Positions 1-10,519 of a DNA stretch of 64,000 nucleotides are shown piece by piece (positions within the stretch are counted from its first letter, which is position 1; each line of letters starts with the position of its first letter). Both the position numbers and the translations under genes were made by a program. Under the pieces are notes generated by a model. The model did no database searches and had not been told where the DNA came from. It saw only the letters and a list, made by a program, of their open reading frames with translations. The stretch covers positions 2,624,001 to 2,688,000 of the forward strand of contig OY761158.1 of NCBI GenBank assembly GCA_963664405.1, read 5' to 3'. This DNA is from Thermoanaerobaculia bacterium. Lineage in GTDB: Bacteria; Acidobacteriota; Thermoanaerobaculia; Multivoradales; Multivoraceae.

Positions 1-136
1 CCTCCCATTCCCCGACCAGAAAGTGCGCGTCGGCGCATTCGGGGTCCGCCAGCGCGGAAGATTGTGCAGTTGCGATCGACGCACAGAAGAGGGTGGCTGC
101 CACCGATGCGCGGCCGAGATCTCGTGTCAAACCCAT
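1..136 (-). CDS. Secreted hypothetical protein, N-terminus only (runs off the window edge); possibly DUF1579-like
   Basis: Manual translation MGLTRDLGRASVAATLFCASIATAQSSALADPECADAHFLVGEWE; GGAGG RBS upstream; signal-peptide-like stretch; F-x-x-G-x-W motif. Confidence 0.5.
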   Translation of the reverse strand, partial: MGLTRDLGRASVAATLFCASIATAQSSALADPECADAHFLVGEWE

Positions 137-178
137 GTCGTCCTCCTTCTGGAGATGCGCCGATTCGCAGTCGATTCG

Positions 179-721
179 CTACGCGGGCAGCGGCCCGACC
201 TGCTCGAACCAAACCTGTACCTTGCCCTGGTCGACGAGGAACATACATGTATTGGTCACCGTTTGAGGGCCATCGGTGGTGGTGAAGTTCTCTCGACGCA
301 CGTGAATGACCACGTGTCCCAGCGCTTCTTCACGCGTGATCGTGAACTTCGGATCCTTCAGTGGAGGCATGACCCTCTTCATCGCGTCCAGGATCGTCGC
401 TCGGCCCTTCATCTCCGAGCGGGCCCACTCCCCGCTCGCCGCATGAGTCCAGAACCGGGCATCCTCGGCGAGGAGGCTCGAGAACCGATCCCAGTCCATG
501 GTCTCGAGCGCCTTGATGAAGTCGCGCGTCGTCTGTCGATTCGCCTTCTCGTCCGCCGTCAAGGCGGCCCCCGGCTCCGGCGCCGTCAGGGCGGCGCGCG
601 CCGACCGCGGGACGAAGGCCGCCGCAACGACTCCCAACGACGTCGATGCCAGCAGACGACGGCGATCGACGAGACGTCGCGCCTCGCGGACGAGGCGTGG
701 TGCCTCGGGTGTCGCTCTCAT
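179..721 (-). CDS. Tat-exported NTF2/SnoaL-like (limonene-epoxide-hydrolase-like) protein
   Basis: ATG 2 nt after the receptor stop; twin-arginine DRRRLL plus hydrophobic signal; NTF2 pattern DFIKALETMDWDRFSSLLAEDARF...GRATI. Confidence 0.7.
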   Translation of the reverse strand: MRATPEAPRLVREARRLVDRRRLLASTSLGVVAAAFVPRSARAALTAPEPGAALTADEKANRQTTRDFIKALETMDWDRFSSLLAEDARFWTHAASGEWARSEMKGRATILDAMKRVMPPLKDPKFTITREEALGHVVIHVRRENFTTTDGPQTVTNTCMFLVDQGKVQVWFEQVGPLPA

Positions 722-723
722 CT

Positions 724-3579
724 CTACCAGTCCACACCCACCCGCACCGCCAGCCGCCGCGGATAGGTGTACTGCGAGGGAGTGAGCGCAAGGGGGTATA
801 AGCCGTAGCCCCCCCAGAAATGGTTGGTGTCGTCGTCGAGGACGTTCAACACCTGGAGGTCGACGGCCAACCCGAGCCGATCGCCGAGGAGGAACCGACG
901 CGAGAGACCGAGGTCGAGGTTGGTGTTGGTTGGCATCCGGCGGTCGCCGGTCATCGGCTCGAGTGGAACCGTGACAGCCCCCTGGTTCATTCCGGTCACC
1001 CGCGCCAGATGTCGGTACGGTCTGCCGTCCTGATAGTTGAAGCTGCCTGTCGCCTTGAGCTGCCAGGGCAGGTCGACCATTCCCTGAACCCGAAACACCC
1101 ACGGACGGTCGGCTTGTCCGAGGCCTCCATTGTAGAGATGGTGGTTCGGATCTTTGCCATTTGTAACGACGAAGAAAGTGCCCCCCTGGGTCTGGGCGTC
1201 TGACTGAGGCTGGAATCCCTTCGTCTCCGACCAGGCGAGGGACGAGCTCAGCGACCAGCGGCCGGTGTGGCGCTTCGCGAAGGTGAGGAAAACGGCCTGG
1301 TACTCCTGCTCGTACTTCGAGCCTGGTGGGACGTTGGCGTCCGCACCGGGCGCGTTGCCTTTTCGAGCGGTGGGCTCCACGATGATGTTCTTGAGGATGA
1401 TCGTCTCGCCGGTCAAGGGGTTGACGTAGGGAAAGTCCTCGTAGACGCCGCCGTCGTCGAGCGACCAGCCAATCATATCCGTCGTGTCATGTTTGACGAG
1501 CTGAAGGCCGACGACGTAGTTCCCGAGCTGCTGGTCGTAGCCGACGGCGAACTGGTCCGTCTGGGGTCGCTCCATGCCCTCGCGCGGTAGCCCGAAGGTG
1601 TCCTCCGAGGTCTCGAAGTAGTAGTAGAACGGGCCGTACCGGTTGGAGCTGGAGCCGAAGCGCGCCTGGGGCCGGTCGGGGTGCGGTTGTTGCCACATGG
1701 AAGTGATGTTTTGTTCGTGGTACCTGCCGGCCGACGCCCGCAGGACCCCTTGCTTGCGTCCCTCACCGACCTGGTAGGCGATTCCGAGGCGCGGGTCGAC
1801 GCTGTCATAGTCGACGACGTCGGGGTAGTTGGGCGTGAACTCTCCGGGAACGACGACGCCGCAGCCGATCTCGTTACAAAGGTATTCCTCGAGTACCGGA
1901 AAGGGGGGCAGATCAGCCCCGTCCTGGTCGGCGCGCACTCCGATGTTCAGGGTCAGCCTGTCGGTGATACGCCACGAGTCGTCGACGTAGAGCCCGATAG
2001 CCTCTGCTTTGGCGCCGTAGTAGTGAACTGCGCGGGAGTAGATGTAGTAGTTGGCCCCGATTTTGGAGTAGTACTTGCCGCCGAAACCGGGATAGACGGC
2101 TCCTGCCTTCTGACTGCTGTTGTTGTACTGGATACCGAACTTGAACTCGTGGCTGCCGGCGAGATCGTCGGCGAAGTGCGTCACCTTGGCGTGGCCGCGA
2201 GACCACCAGACGGGGTAGAGATAAGGATAAATCAATCCGCCCAGGGAGGTGGCGGGAGACGTGTTGAAGTCGATGAATGGCGACTCAAAACTGCCGGTCG
2301 CCGCGGTATGATGGGTCAAGGTGTAGATGTTCGACCAGTTGCCCTCGAAGAGGGTGTTGGAACCCAGAACCCCCTGGTAGCCGAGCCGAGTGTACGGCTG
2401 GCCGCTTGCCTGCTGGATGCCGACGGAATTCGGGTTGGCGAGTACGCGACCCCCTGTCGTTGAGAAGCTCGGTCTCTTAACGTCTTCCCACTGGTACCCG
2501 CCCGTCAGCGTATGCGACGGGTGGATCGACCAATCGACCTTGAGGTTGTAGTGGTCTGCCTGACCGTCGGGGATGGTGATGCTAGGAGTGGCGCCGGGAT
2601 TGCGCATGAGCTCCTCCCTCAACCCGATCGAGAGGAAATAGAACAGCTTGTCCTTCTTGATCGGCCCGCCCGACCACAGGGAGTAACTCTCGTAGGTAAC
2701 TCTCTCGAAGCCGCGCTCCACCCCGAACGCGTCCGCGACCTTGGGCCCGGTGGCGGTGGTGTCGTCCCACTCACCGTTATAGGCCAGACGCCCATGGTGG
2801 GTGTTGGTCCCCGACTTGGTGACCACGTTGATGGCCACTCCGGTCATGTTTCCGTACTCCGCCGGGGCGCCGGCGCCGAGCACCTGATACTCGGCGATGG
2901 CGTCGGGGTCGATAGACCCACCAAAGGGAGCGCCGTCATCTGGAATGGAGACGGCGAGTCCGTCGACGTTCCACCCCAGCGACCCAAAATCGCGACCGTA
3001 CGCCCCGATGAACCCCTGATACTCTCCGACGCCCCCGACGCGACCTATCGCGTTGACGCCAGGGGCCAGCAGGGCGAACTCCTGGTAGTTGCGCGTCGTC
3101 GTCGGCAGAGCGTCGATGAGCTCTTCCTGGAAGTCCATGCTGACGGAAGAGCTCGTCACATCGATGAGGGGCGCCTCCGAGATCACCGTGATCGCCTCTT
3201 CGACCCCGGCGACACGCATGGTGAGGTTCACGGTGGCGGCGCCGGAGATGGAGACACGCACACCTTGGACCTCGGCGTTCTCGAGGCCCTCGAGCGTTCC
3301 GGTCACCGTCACGATCCCCGGCGGGAGCCCGGGGATCAACCACTCGCCAGTGGCTCCGGTCGTCGAGGTGCGCTCACCACGTACGACGTCGCCCGTCACC
3401 TGCACCAGCACCCCGGGGAGAGGATCGCCATCCGGCGAGCTGACCGTCCCCCGTACGGTGCCGACGTTTTGCGCGTAGACGGTTGCTGCAGGTAGCAGCG
3501 CCGTTGCGAGAAGAACGAAAGGCATCGCCGAGGTAATGGGACGTAGCCGCATCAGCCAATCCTCCTGAGAAGCCACCAT
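724..3579 (-). CDS. TonB-dependent receptor, Oar-like, with N-terminal carboxypeptidase-regulatory-like domain
   Basis: 951 aa; signal peptide; GTVRGTVSSPDGDPLPGV; plug motif INVVTKSGTN; DDSWRITDRLTLNIGVR; C-terminal aromatic residue. Confidence 0.92.
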   Translation of the reverse strand: MVASQEDWLMRLRPITSAMPFVLLATALLPAATVYAQNVGTVRGTVSSPDGDPLPGVLVQVTGDVVRGERTSTTGATGEWLIPGLPPGIVTVTGTLEGLENAEVQGVRVSISGAATVNLTMRVAGVEEAITVISEAPLIDVTSSSVSMDFQEELIDALPTTTRNYQEFALLAPGVNAIGRVGGVGEYQGFIGAYGRDFGSLGWNVDGLAVSIPDDGAPFGGSIDPDAIAEYQVLGAGAPAEYGNMTGVAINVVTKSGTNTHHGRLAYNGEWDDTTATGPKVADAFGVERGFERVTYESYSLWSGGPIKKDKLFYFLSIGLREELMRNPGATPSITIPDGQADHYNLKVDWSIHPSHTLTGGYQWEDVKRPSFSTTGGRVLANPNSVGIQQASGQPYTRLGYQGVLGSNTLFEGNWSNIYTLTHHTAATGSFESPFIDFNTSPATSLGGLIYPYLYPVWWSRGHAKVTHFADDLAGSHEFKFGIQYNNSSQKAGAVYPGFGGKYYSKIGANYYIYSRAVHYYGAKAEAIGLYVDDSWRITDRLTLNIGVRADQDGADLPPFPVLEEYLCNEIGCGVVVPGEFTPNYPDVVDYDSVDPRLGIAYQVGEGRKQGVLRASAGRYHEQNITSMWQQPHPDRPQARFGSSSNRYGPFYYYFETSEDTFGLPREGMERPQTDQFAVGYDQQLGNYVVGLQLVKHDTTDMIGWSLDDGGVYEDFPYVNPLTGETIILKNIIVEPTARKGNAPGADANVPPGSKYEQEYQAVFLTFAKRHTGRWSLSSSLAWSETKGFQPQSDAQTQGGTFFVVTNGKDPNHHLYNGGLGQADRPWVFRVQGMVDLPWQLKATGSFNYQDGRPYRHLARVTGMNQGAVTVPLEPMTGDRRMPTNTNLDLGLSRRFLLGDRLGLAVDLQVLNVLDDDTNHFWGGYGLYPLALTPSQYTYPRRLAVRVGVDW

Positions 3580-3590
3580 TGCTGTTTTTT

Positions 3591-3634
3591 TAGGTCAATG
3601 ATCGATTGTGGAACACGGACGAAGACCATGTCAA
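3591..3634 (-). promoter_or_regulatory. Sigma70-type promoter of the receptor operon with a possible repressor operator
   Basis: On the minus strand: TTGACA (3629-3634), 18-bp spacer, CACAAT (3605-3610), then the imperfect palindrome GATCATTGACC; a TetR gene lies just upstream. Confidence 0.5.
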
Positions 3635-3766
3635 GCCCCCAAATGCGACTCTGTTCCGCGACACCATGAAGTGGCGCCATGAAGTGGGTCTACATCGCCG
3701 AGCAGAGCTTCGCAGTGGAAGCGTCCCGGCCGAGACGCGACAAGCGTCACTCCGGAACCAACAGAC

Positions 3767-4450
3767 TCAGCGCTCTGCGATCCACAAGACGGCGGCTACG
3801 ACTTCGTTCTCATAGGACGGGTGTCTCAGCCCGCGTATGCTCTCGAGAGTCTCGGGTGGCATCATCGTAGTACCGTCGATCATCGCCGCGACGAGGACGG
3901 CCTTGAGCCGCAGTTGGCTCGCGGTCGCTCCCGGCTGGAGCTCGCCCATAATCGGAGTCAACAGCTCGTAAGTGCGCTCCCAGAACTCGAGCCGGAGAGC
4001 CCGGAAACGTGGACTCCGCTGCGCAACGACGTTGAGAGCCCTCCAGATTGGGACGTGGCTCATCCCAGCGGGGCCATCCTCCCACCGAGCGATGAAGGCG
4101 CGGGTTATGGCACTCAACCTGTCTCTGGGTGTCTGCTCGCGCGCGCAGAGCAGAGCGATCAGCTCGGCGTCGGAGTCGGACTCGGCACAAAACAGCGCCG
4201 CGAGCAGATCCTCTCTGTTCGGGAAGTAGTACTGGAGGTTTCCTAGCGAGATCCCGAGGCCCTTCGCCACACCCCGCAAGAGACCGGAGCCGTTTTCGGA
4301 ATGGTGCAGATGGGCGCGGGCCGCGGCGAGGATCTCCTCACGTCGACGAGAACCCTTCTCCCCGTGGTGGTTCCGTTTCTTCTCAACTGTTGGGGTCTGC
4401 TCTGCAGATTCCAACGCTTCGACCTGTGTGGCTTCACTCGATGCAGGCAT
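3767..4450 (-). CDS. TetR/AcrR family transcriptional regulator
   Basis: RREEILAAAR...LRGVAKGLGISLGNLQYYFPNREDLL helix-turn-helix. Confidence 0.9.
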   Translation of the reverse strand: MPASSEATQVEALESAEQTPTVEKKRNHHGEKGSRRREEILAAARAHLHHSENGSGLLRGVAKGLGISLGNLQYYFPNREDLLAALFCAESDSDAELIALLCAREQTPRDRLSAITRAFIARWEDGPAGMSHVPIWRALNVVAQRSPRFRALRLEFWERTYELLTPIMGELQPGATASQLRLKAVLVAAMIDGTTMMPPETLESIRGLRHPSYENEVVAAVLWIAER

Positions 4451-4560
4451 CTCTTCACGAGCAAGTGACTGGTTCAAAAGCGATCCCGAAGCGCTCGGCG
4501 CGTCGAAGCTCTTAGACCTCGAGGTTTGACCCTTCAGCAGCGAGACCCTAGCACGTCGGC

Positions 4561-5593
4561 GTGGGGCAGTCCTCTCCGATCGTCGTCGGCGACCGCCCCT
4601 TCATCCACGCACGACAGGGTGAGGAAGAAGTCGTCCTCGCCCTCGAGGCGTCCACCGGCGAGGAGCTGTGGCGGCATTCCTACACGGCACCGTTCGTGCG
4701 GTCGAACACGCCCTCCAGTATGGCCCTGGCCCCAAGTCGACGATGCTGGCCGATGGCGCTTCGGTCTACAGCTTCGGCATCCGAGAGCGCCTCCTCGCTT
4801 TGGATGCCAAGACCGGCGCCGTGCAGTGGGAGAAGAGCTTCGAGGACATCTACGACCCTCCCTACCCCGAGTGGGGAACGGCGGCGTCGCCGCTCCTCGA
4901 GGGAGATCTACTGATTGTCCCGATCGGCAACACGACCGAGGAACAGGAGAGGATCATCTCGCTCAGGGAGCTCTGGTTGCCTACGACAAGGCAACCGGCA
5001 AGGAGATCTGGCGAGCAGACGGAATCGCACCCGCCTACGCCTCGCCGATGGCGTTTGACATAGGAGGGGTTCGCCAGATCGTCAGCCTAGGCGACGAGAG
5101 CTTCTTCGGTGTGCGGGCGAGTGACGGCGAGCTCTTGTGGTCGACCGAGTTCGAAACCGCCTTCGACCAGAACAACGTCACCACCATTCTCTACGAGGGC
5201 ATGCTCCTCCTCTCGGGCTACCAGTGGGGCACCGCGGCGCTCAAGGTCGAGCCCCCGAGAGGGGGTGGCGGCGTACTCGTCGGTAATCGCGGTAGGGAAT
5301 CGCCTGCTGGCGCTGACCGACGCCGCCGAGCTCAAAGTGATCGCGGCCGACCCCGAGGGCTACCGGGAGCTGGCTTCCTGGGAGGTGGCGACGTCGACCA
5401 CCTGGTCGCACCTGGCGCTGGCCGGATCACGACTGTACGGTACGTGAAGGACGAAGAGAACCTGGCAAGCTTCGAGCTGCCCGCGCGCGACACCAAGGCC
5501 ACCGACAGCCACCCGACGCGCACCGCCGCCAAGGCTGAGGGGCGCGGAAAGGCTCACGGTTCGCACGACACCGAGGCGATGAAGATCGAGTGA
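4561..5593 (+). pseudogene. PQQ/BamB-like beta-propeller protein, split over several frames and lacking its N-terminus
   Basis: Propeller repeats ALEASTGEELW, ALDAKTGAVQW, AYDKATGKEIW, RASDGELLW fall in different frames; about 4 frameshifts. Confidence 0.75.
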
Positions 5594-5793
5594 GACGGCG
5601 AGACCGCCAACGTCAGCGGTGTTCGCTGGATTACGATAACCTTCGGACTCGAAATGCTGGTAGATCAGTGCGACGGAGAGTGGCGGCTCACCTTTATGGA
5701 CTTCGACAGTACAGGTGTCTCGAAAGGCACCCCGGGGAGAAACTGACATGGGCTCCAGCTTCCACATCCAAGAGATTCGGAACGGAGGCCATC

Positions 5794-6567
5794 ATGCCGA
5801 CGATTGATCATTCTATGGACGGCAAGGTCGCACTGATCACCGGGGGCTCCAAGGGCATCGGTCGTGCCATCGCCCTGGCGTTTGCCGAGAACGGTGCCGA
5901 TGTCGCGATCGCGGCCCGAGGTCTCGAGGTACTCGAGGCTACGGGTGGAGAGCTGCGGGAGCTCGGCCACCGCGCATTAGCGATTCCCGCCGATGTCGGT
6001 AGCACCGAAGCACTCGACGACCTCTACGAGCAGGTGGTCGCCGAGCTCGGTGGCATCGACATCCTGGTCAACAACGCAGCCGCCGGCGGTGGCGGCACCC
6101 CGATCTCCGAACTGAAGGAGGAGGATTTCCAGCGGGTGATGGCAATCAACCTGTGGGGACCGATCAGGCTGTCACAGCTGTGCCGGACCTCGATGAAAGA
6201 GCGCGGCGACGGCATGATCATCAACATCGCGTCGAACGAGGGCGTCCGGGCGTCGCCAGGGCTGGGCATCTACCCGCCCTCCAAGGCGGCGTTGATCAAC
6301 TTCAGCCAGATGATCGGCAAGGAGTGGGCGAAGGACGGCATCCGCACGGCTGCCATCGCTCCCGGTCTGGTCCGGACTGAGCTGGCGGCGGGCCTGATCG
6401 AGTGGGTCGAGAAAAACAACATCGCCATCAACCCGATGGGCCGCATTGCGGAGCCGGAGGATATCGCGGCCCTGGTGTTGGCCCTGGCGACTCAGGCAGG
6501 AAGGTTCACGACCGCGACCACCTACGTTCTGGACGGCGGTGAGCTGAGTGCAGGGCCGCTAGGCTAG
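5794..6567 (+). CDS. Short-chain dehydrogenase/reductase
   Basis: TGGSKGIG, NNA, YPPSK catalytic motif; GGAGG RBS. Confidence 0.92.
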   Translation: MPTIDHSMDGKVALITGGSKGIGRAIALAFAENGADVAIAARGLEVLEATGGELRELGHRALAIPADVGSTEALDDLYEQVVAELGGIDILVNNAAAGGGGTPISELKEEDFQRVMAINLWGPIRLSQLCRTSMKERGDGMIINIASNEGVRASPGLGIYPPSKAALINFSQMIGKEWAKDGIRTAAIAPGLVRTELAAGLIEWVEKNNIAINPMGRIAEPEDIAALVLALATQAGRFTTATTYVLDGGELSAGPLG

Positions 6568-6624
6568 ACTAGCCTCTGCCCTCGCGGCGTCGAGCCGCGT
6601 CAACGCCTCCAAACGGGACTCCAG

Positions 6625-7281
6625 ATGAAGTTGCTGGTGGCGAACCGAGGAGAGATCGCGATCCGGATCGTGCGGGCGGCGGCGGAGCTGGGCATCCCGA
6701 CGGTGGCGATCTATCCCGCCGATGATGCGGGGTCGCTGCATACCGGCAAAGCGGACGAGGCCTTCGCCCTCGAAGGCGTCGGCACGGCCGCGTACCTCGA
6801 CCTCGAGCAGATCATCGGCGTCGCTCGAGCTGCCGGCTGTGATGCCATCCACCCAGGTTACGGCTTCCTGGCGGAGAACGCGGACTTCGCGCGCCGATGC
6901 GCCGAAGAGGGTCTGACTTACATCGGCCCGAAAACGGAGGCACTGGAGCTCTTTGGTGACAAGGCCCGCGCCCGGGCCGCGGCGACGGCGGCCGGTGTGC
7001 CGATCGTCCGCGGCCTCGACCATGCGGTGTCCTTGGAGGAGGCAGCCGCCTTCTTCGACGATCTCGGCTCGCAACCCGGGCAGGGCCGCGCAATGATGAT
7101 CAAGGCGGTCGCGGCGGGGGCGGTGGTCGCGGGTCGCGGATGGTCGAGCGTGCCGAGGAGGTTGCAGCCACCTATGAGCGATGCTGCACCGAGGCGCAGA
7201 CCGCGTTCGGTAAGGGCGAGGTCTATGTCGAGGAGCTCATCCGGCAGGCGCGCCACGTGGAGGTGCAGATTCTCGGTGATC
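6625..7281 (+). pseudogene. Biotin carboxylase (acyl-CoA/pyruvate carboxylase) N-terminal fragment
   Basis: KLLVANRGEIAIR, IHPGYGFLAEN; frameshift in the GGGGRG region near 7120; homology stops at ARHVEVQILGD. Confidence 0.85.
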
Positions 7282-7416
7282 GAGGGGGACGCCGCCGACG
7301 TGCGGTATCTGAAGAACGGCGCGGCGAAAGCGATCCGCACCCTTCGCGCCGCCGACGCCGCACCCACGGATCGGGTGATCGGGTTGTCGCCGCTACAGAT
7401 TCAGCGCCGCTTCACC
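7282..7416 (+). pseudogene. Possible tyrosine recombinase internal fragment fused to the carboxylase
   Basis: EGDAADVRYLKNGAAKAIRTLR...DRVIGLSPLQIQRRFT resembles the segment before the H-x-x-R motif in Cre-like recombinases (recalled similarity only). Confidence 0.4.
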
Positions 7417-7672
7417 GAACGAATCACCCAGGCCGCGGTAGAGAAGATCGGCGCAGGCGTGGTGGAGCGCCTCCGGGCCGGAGTCCTCCGGCATAACCAA
7501 CTGCGAAGGTATGAGAAGGAAGAGAAGAACGCGAGGGTTCATTGACTTGACTCGTTCGAGGGATAGGGCGGCGGGGTAGTAGCTGCCTCCCGGTTGGTGC
7601 CAACCCCCTGGGGGCTCCCCTACTTCCGGTTCACCCGCCGTCTGATTCCCTCTTTATGAGTTCCCCTCTCCC

Positions 7673-7936
7673 ATGCCGACCGCTGCCCCCAAGCACAGCT
7701 CCACGGTCTATAGCGGCAAACCGCGCGGATGGATCTACGGCGCGAGACATCGGCGTTGGAGACGAGCTGTTCTCGACCGTGACCCCCTCTGCGTAGGCTG
7801 GCCTTGCGGCCGGCATTGTCTAGAGGAGGCGCGCCACGCGGATCACATAACCCCGCTCCGGCTAGGCGGCGCGCCTTACGAGCTGGAGAACGGGCAAGGA
7901 CTTTGCCCCGGGGTGCCATGCCCGGAAGACGGCTGA
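7673..7936 (+). CDS. Phage HNH endonuclease (packaging-associated), probable C-terminal frameshift
   Basis: RWRRAVLDRDPLC...C...HADHITPLRLGG...NGQGLC. Confidence 0.8.
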   Translation: MPTAAPKHSSTVYSGKPRGWIYGARHRRWRRAVLDRDPLCVGWPCGRHCLEEARHADHITPLRLGGAPYELENGQGLCPGVPCPEDG

Positions 7937-8190
7937 GGGCTTATAAGTGAGGAGTGTTAGTAGGGGTGATACCGGGCTCGGCAGCAAACACGCATCACCC
8001 CTCCCCTTATGTCAACATGTCGCGACTAGGACACCCCTGTGAGGCCCTGAGAGGCCACGTAGCGGCCCGAACGGGTACGGGTGGAGGGGTGGCCATTATT
8101 CTGATAAAATAGGCGATCTGACGACGCGCCCGTGTCCTAGATATCGTGTCAATATGAATTTTCCTAATTCCAAGCTAAGATGTTAGCCTA

Positions 8191-8679
8191 ATGAGACGCA
8201 GAACCCAGGCACAGAAGGAGCTACTAGGAACGGCTAGGGCGGATCGCTCCCTCAGTCATTCGCCTGTAGACACTGTGCACCCGAAGCCGCCCGCTGAGTT
8301 GTCGAATAAGGCAAGGGTCATATGGCGCAAGCTCTGTTTTCGCATGGCGGAGGACGGTACGCTCAAAGCTAAGTACGAGGGCGCTATGGCTGGCTGGTGC
8401 GCGGCCTGGGCGCGCTGCCGGGAGATGGAGGCTATACTTAAAAAAGACGGCCCCCAGGTGCTTCATACGGGCGTGAACGGGCAGGTAAATATGGCAAAGC
8501 ATCACCTATTACAGCCGCTCAACATGGAATATAAGTTAATGCGCTCGTTCCAGGCCGATCTTGGCTTGTCGCCAAAAGACGCACAAGTGCTAGATATCTC
8601 TGAGCCCGTTGACGAGGATGAGGATATAGGGGCGAGGTATCTGAGGGGCGATGATCCTAGACCCGATCGTCCAAACTGA
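8191..8679 (+). CDS. Phage terminase small subunit, P27 family
   Basis: PKPPAELSNKARVIW...KHHLL...FQADLGLSP; lies between HNH and terL. Confidence 0.8.
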   Translation: MRRRTQAQKELLGTARADRSLSHSPVDTVHPKPPAELSNKARVIWRKLCFRMAEDGTLKAKYEGAMAGWCAAWARCREMEAILKKDGPQVLHTGVNGQVNMAKHHLLQPLNMEYKLMRSFQADLGLSPKDAQVLDISEPVDEDEDIGARYLRGDDPRPDRPN

Positions 8680-8768
8680 CCCGGCGTCGGCCTACGCTGA
8701 GGCGGTTTGTGCAGGCGAGCTCGTTACCGGGCGGCTAGTGCGTCTGGCTTGTGAGCGCCACCTCTCCC
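8651..8768 (+). pseudogene. Terminase large subunit N-terminal fragment
   Basis: DPASAYAEAVCAGELVTGRLVRLACERHL is a typical TerL start; overlaps terS and then breaks off. Confidence 0.7.
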
Positions 8769-9032
8769 ACGGCCCCAAGGTGCCGAAACCTTGGCCGACC
8801 TGCCCGGCACGGTCCAGGCGCTCCGCGAAACTCCACTCCACCACCAGCGCGGCGGGGCTTCACCCAATCCGATCAGGTGCACCAACTTTGTCACGGCCAG
8901 CCCCCGCGAGCCGAAGCCTTGAGCCGCGCTGTCATTATCGCCTCTGACCGGCGTTGTTGCATGAACACAGGCTGCGGTGGCTGCGGGTGGAGCGGCGTAG
9001 GCTACTGAACAGGCAGGATTGAAGGAGAGGTC

Positions 9033-10519
9033 ATGATCACCGGCGAACTCAAATCCAAAGTGGACAACATCTGGAACACGATGTGGTCTGTGGCGGCATC
9101 TCGAATCCGCTCTCGGTCATCGAGCAGCTCACCTACCTGCTCTTCATCAAGCGGCTCGACGAACTACACACCCTGAAGGAGCGCAAGGCCGCCCGCACCG
9201 GCAAGCCCATCGAGGATCCGATCTTCACCGCCAAGCAGGACAAGCTCCGCTGGTCACGCTTTAGAGAGGCCGCGCCGGAGCAGATGTTTGAGACGGTGCG
9301 CGACGGAGTGTTCTCCTTCATCAAGACGCTCGGGCAGAAGGGGGAGGCGGACGGCGAGGGGGGCTCGACGTACAGCCACCATATGAAGGATGCCCTCTTC
9401 ATGATGCCCACGGCCCGTGTGCTGGCCAACGTCGTCGACCAACTCGACGGCATTGATATGGCCGACAGCGACACCAAGGGCGACCTCTACGAGTACATGC
9501 TCGGCAAGATTGCCACCGCCGGACAGAACGGTCAGTTCCGCACACCGCGCCACATCATCCGTCTGATGGTGGACATGACCGCCCCGACGCCCAAGGACGT
9601 GATCTGCGACCCGGCCTGCGGCACGGCGGGCTTCCTCGTTGCCGCGTCTGAGCACCTAGTGGAGCACCACAGCGACACCATCTACAAGAACGCTACGGCG
9701 CGCCGCCACTTCAACGAGGACACGTTCCACGGCTACGACTTCGACAACACCATGCTGCGCATCGGCAGCATGAACATGCTGCTGCACGGGGTGGAGAATC
9801 CAGACATTTGCTACAAGGAATCGTTGGCCCAGACCGACGATGATGACGCGGAGAAGTACTCGCTGGTCCTCGCCAATCCGCCGTTTGCGGGAAGCCTCGA
9901 CTACGAGTCCACCGCCAAGGATCTTCAGCAGATCGTCAAGACGAAGAAGACCGAGTTGCTGTTCCTCACGCTCTTCCTCCGCCTGCTCCAGACAGGAGGA
10001 CGCGCCGCCGTCATCGTGCCCGACGGCGTACTCTTCGGGTCGAGCAAGGCGCACAGGACCCTGCGCACGATCTTAGTCGAGGAGCAGAAGCTCGACGCCA
10101 TCGTCTCCATGCCCTCTGGCGTCTTCAAACCCTACGCCGGGGTCTCCACCGCCATCCTGCTCTTCACCAAGACCAACTCCGGCGGTACGGACCACGTCTG
10201 GTTCTACAACATGCAGGCGGACGGCTACTCGCTGGATGACAAGCGCACGCCGCAGCCGGAGAAGAGCGACCTTGCCGACATTCTCGCCCGCTGGCAGAAC
10301 CGCGAGGCGGAGCGCAAGCGGCAGCGGACGGACCAGAGTTTCCTCGTGCCCAAGGCCGAGATCGCGGGCAACGACTACGACCTGTCCATCAACCGCTACA
10401 AGGAGCTGGAGTACGAGGCAGTGGAGTACGACCCGCCGATGGTGATCATGGAACGGCTGGCTGAGCTGGAAGAGGAGATCACGAAGGAGCGTACGGAGTT
10501 GGAGAGGTTGCTGGGATGA
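9033..10519 (+). CDS. hsdM: Type I restriction-modification methyltransferase (frameshift near 9090)
   Basis: MITGELKSKVDNIW start with RBS; GQFRTP, DPACGTAGFL, NPPF motifs. Confidence 0.93.

Noticed and set aside
3665-3688. Tandem CCATGAAGTGG repeat
   Set aside because: Only two copies, with no supporting context.
7500-9000. attL/attR copy of the tRNA-Glu 3' end
   Set aside because: No match to TGGTATCCCCAACGGG was found by eye.
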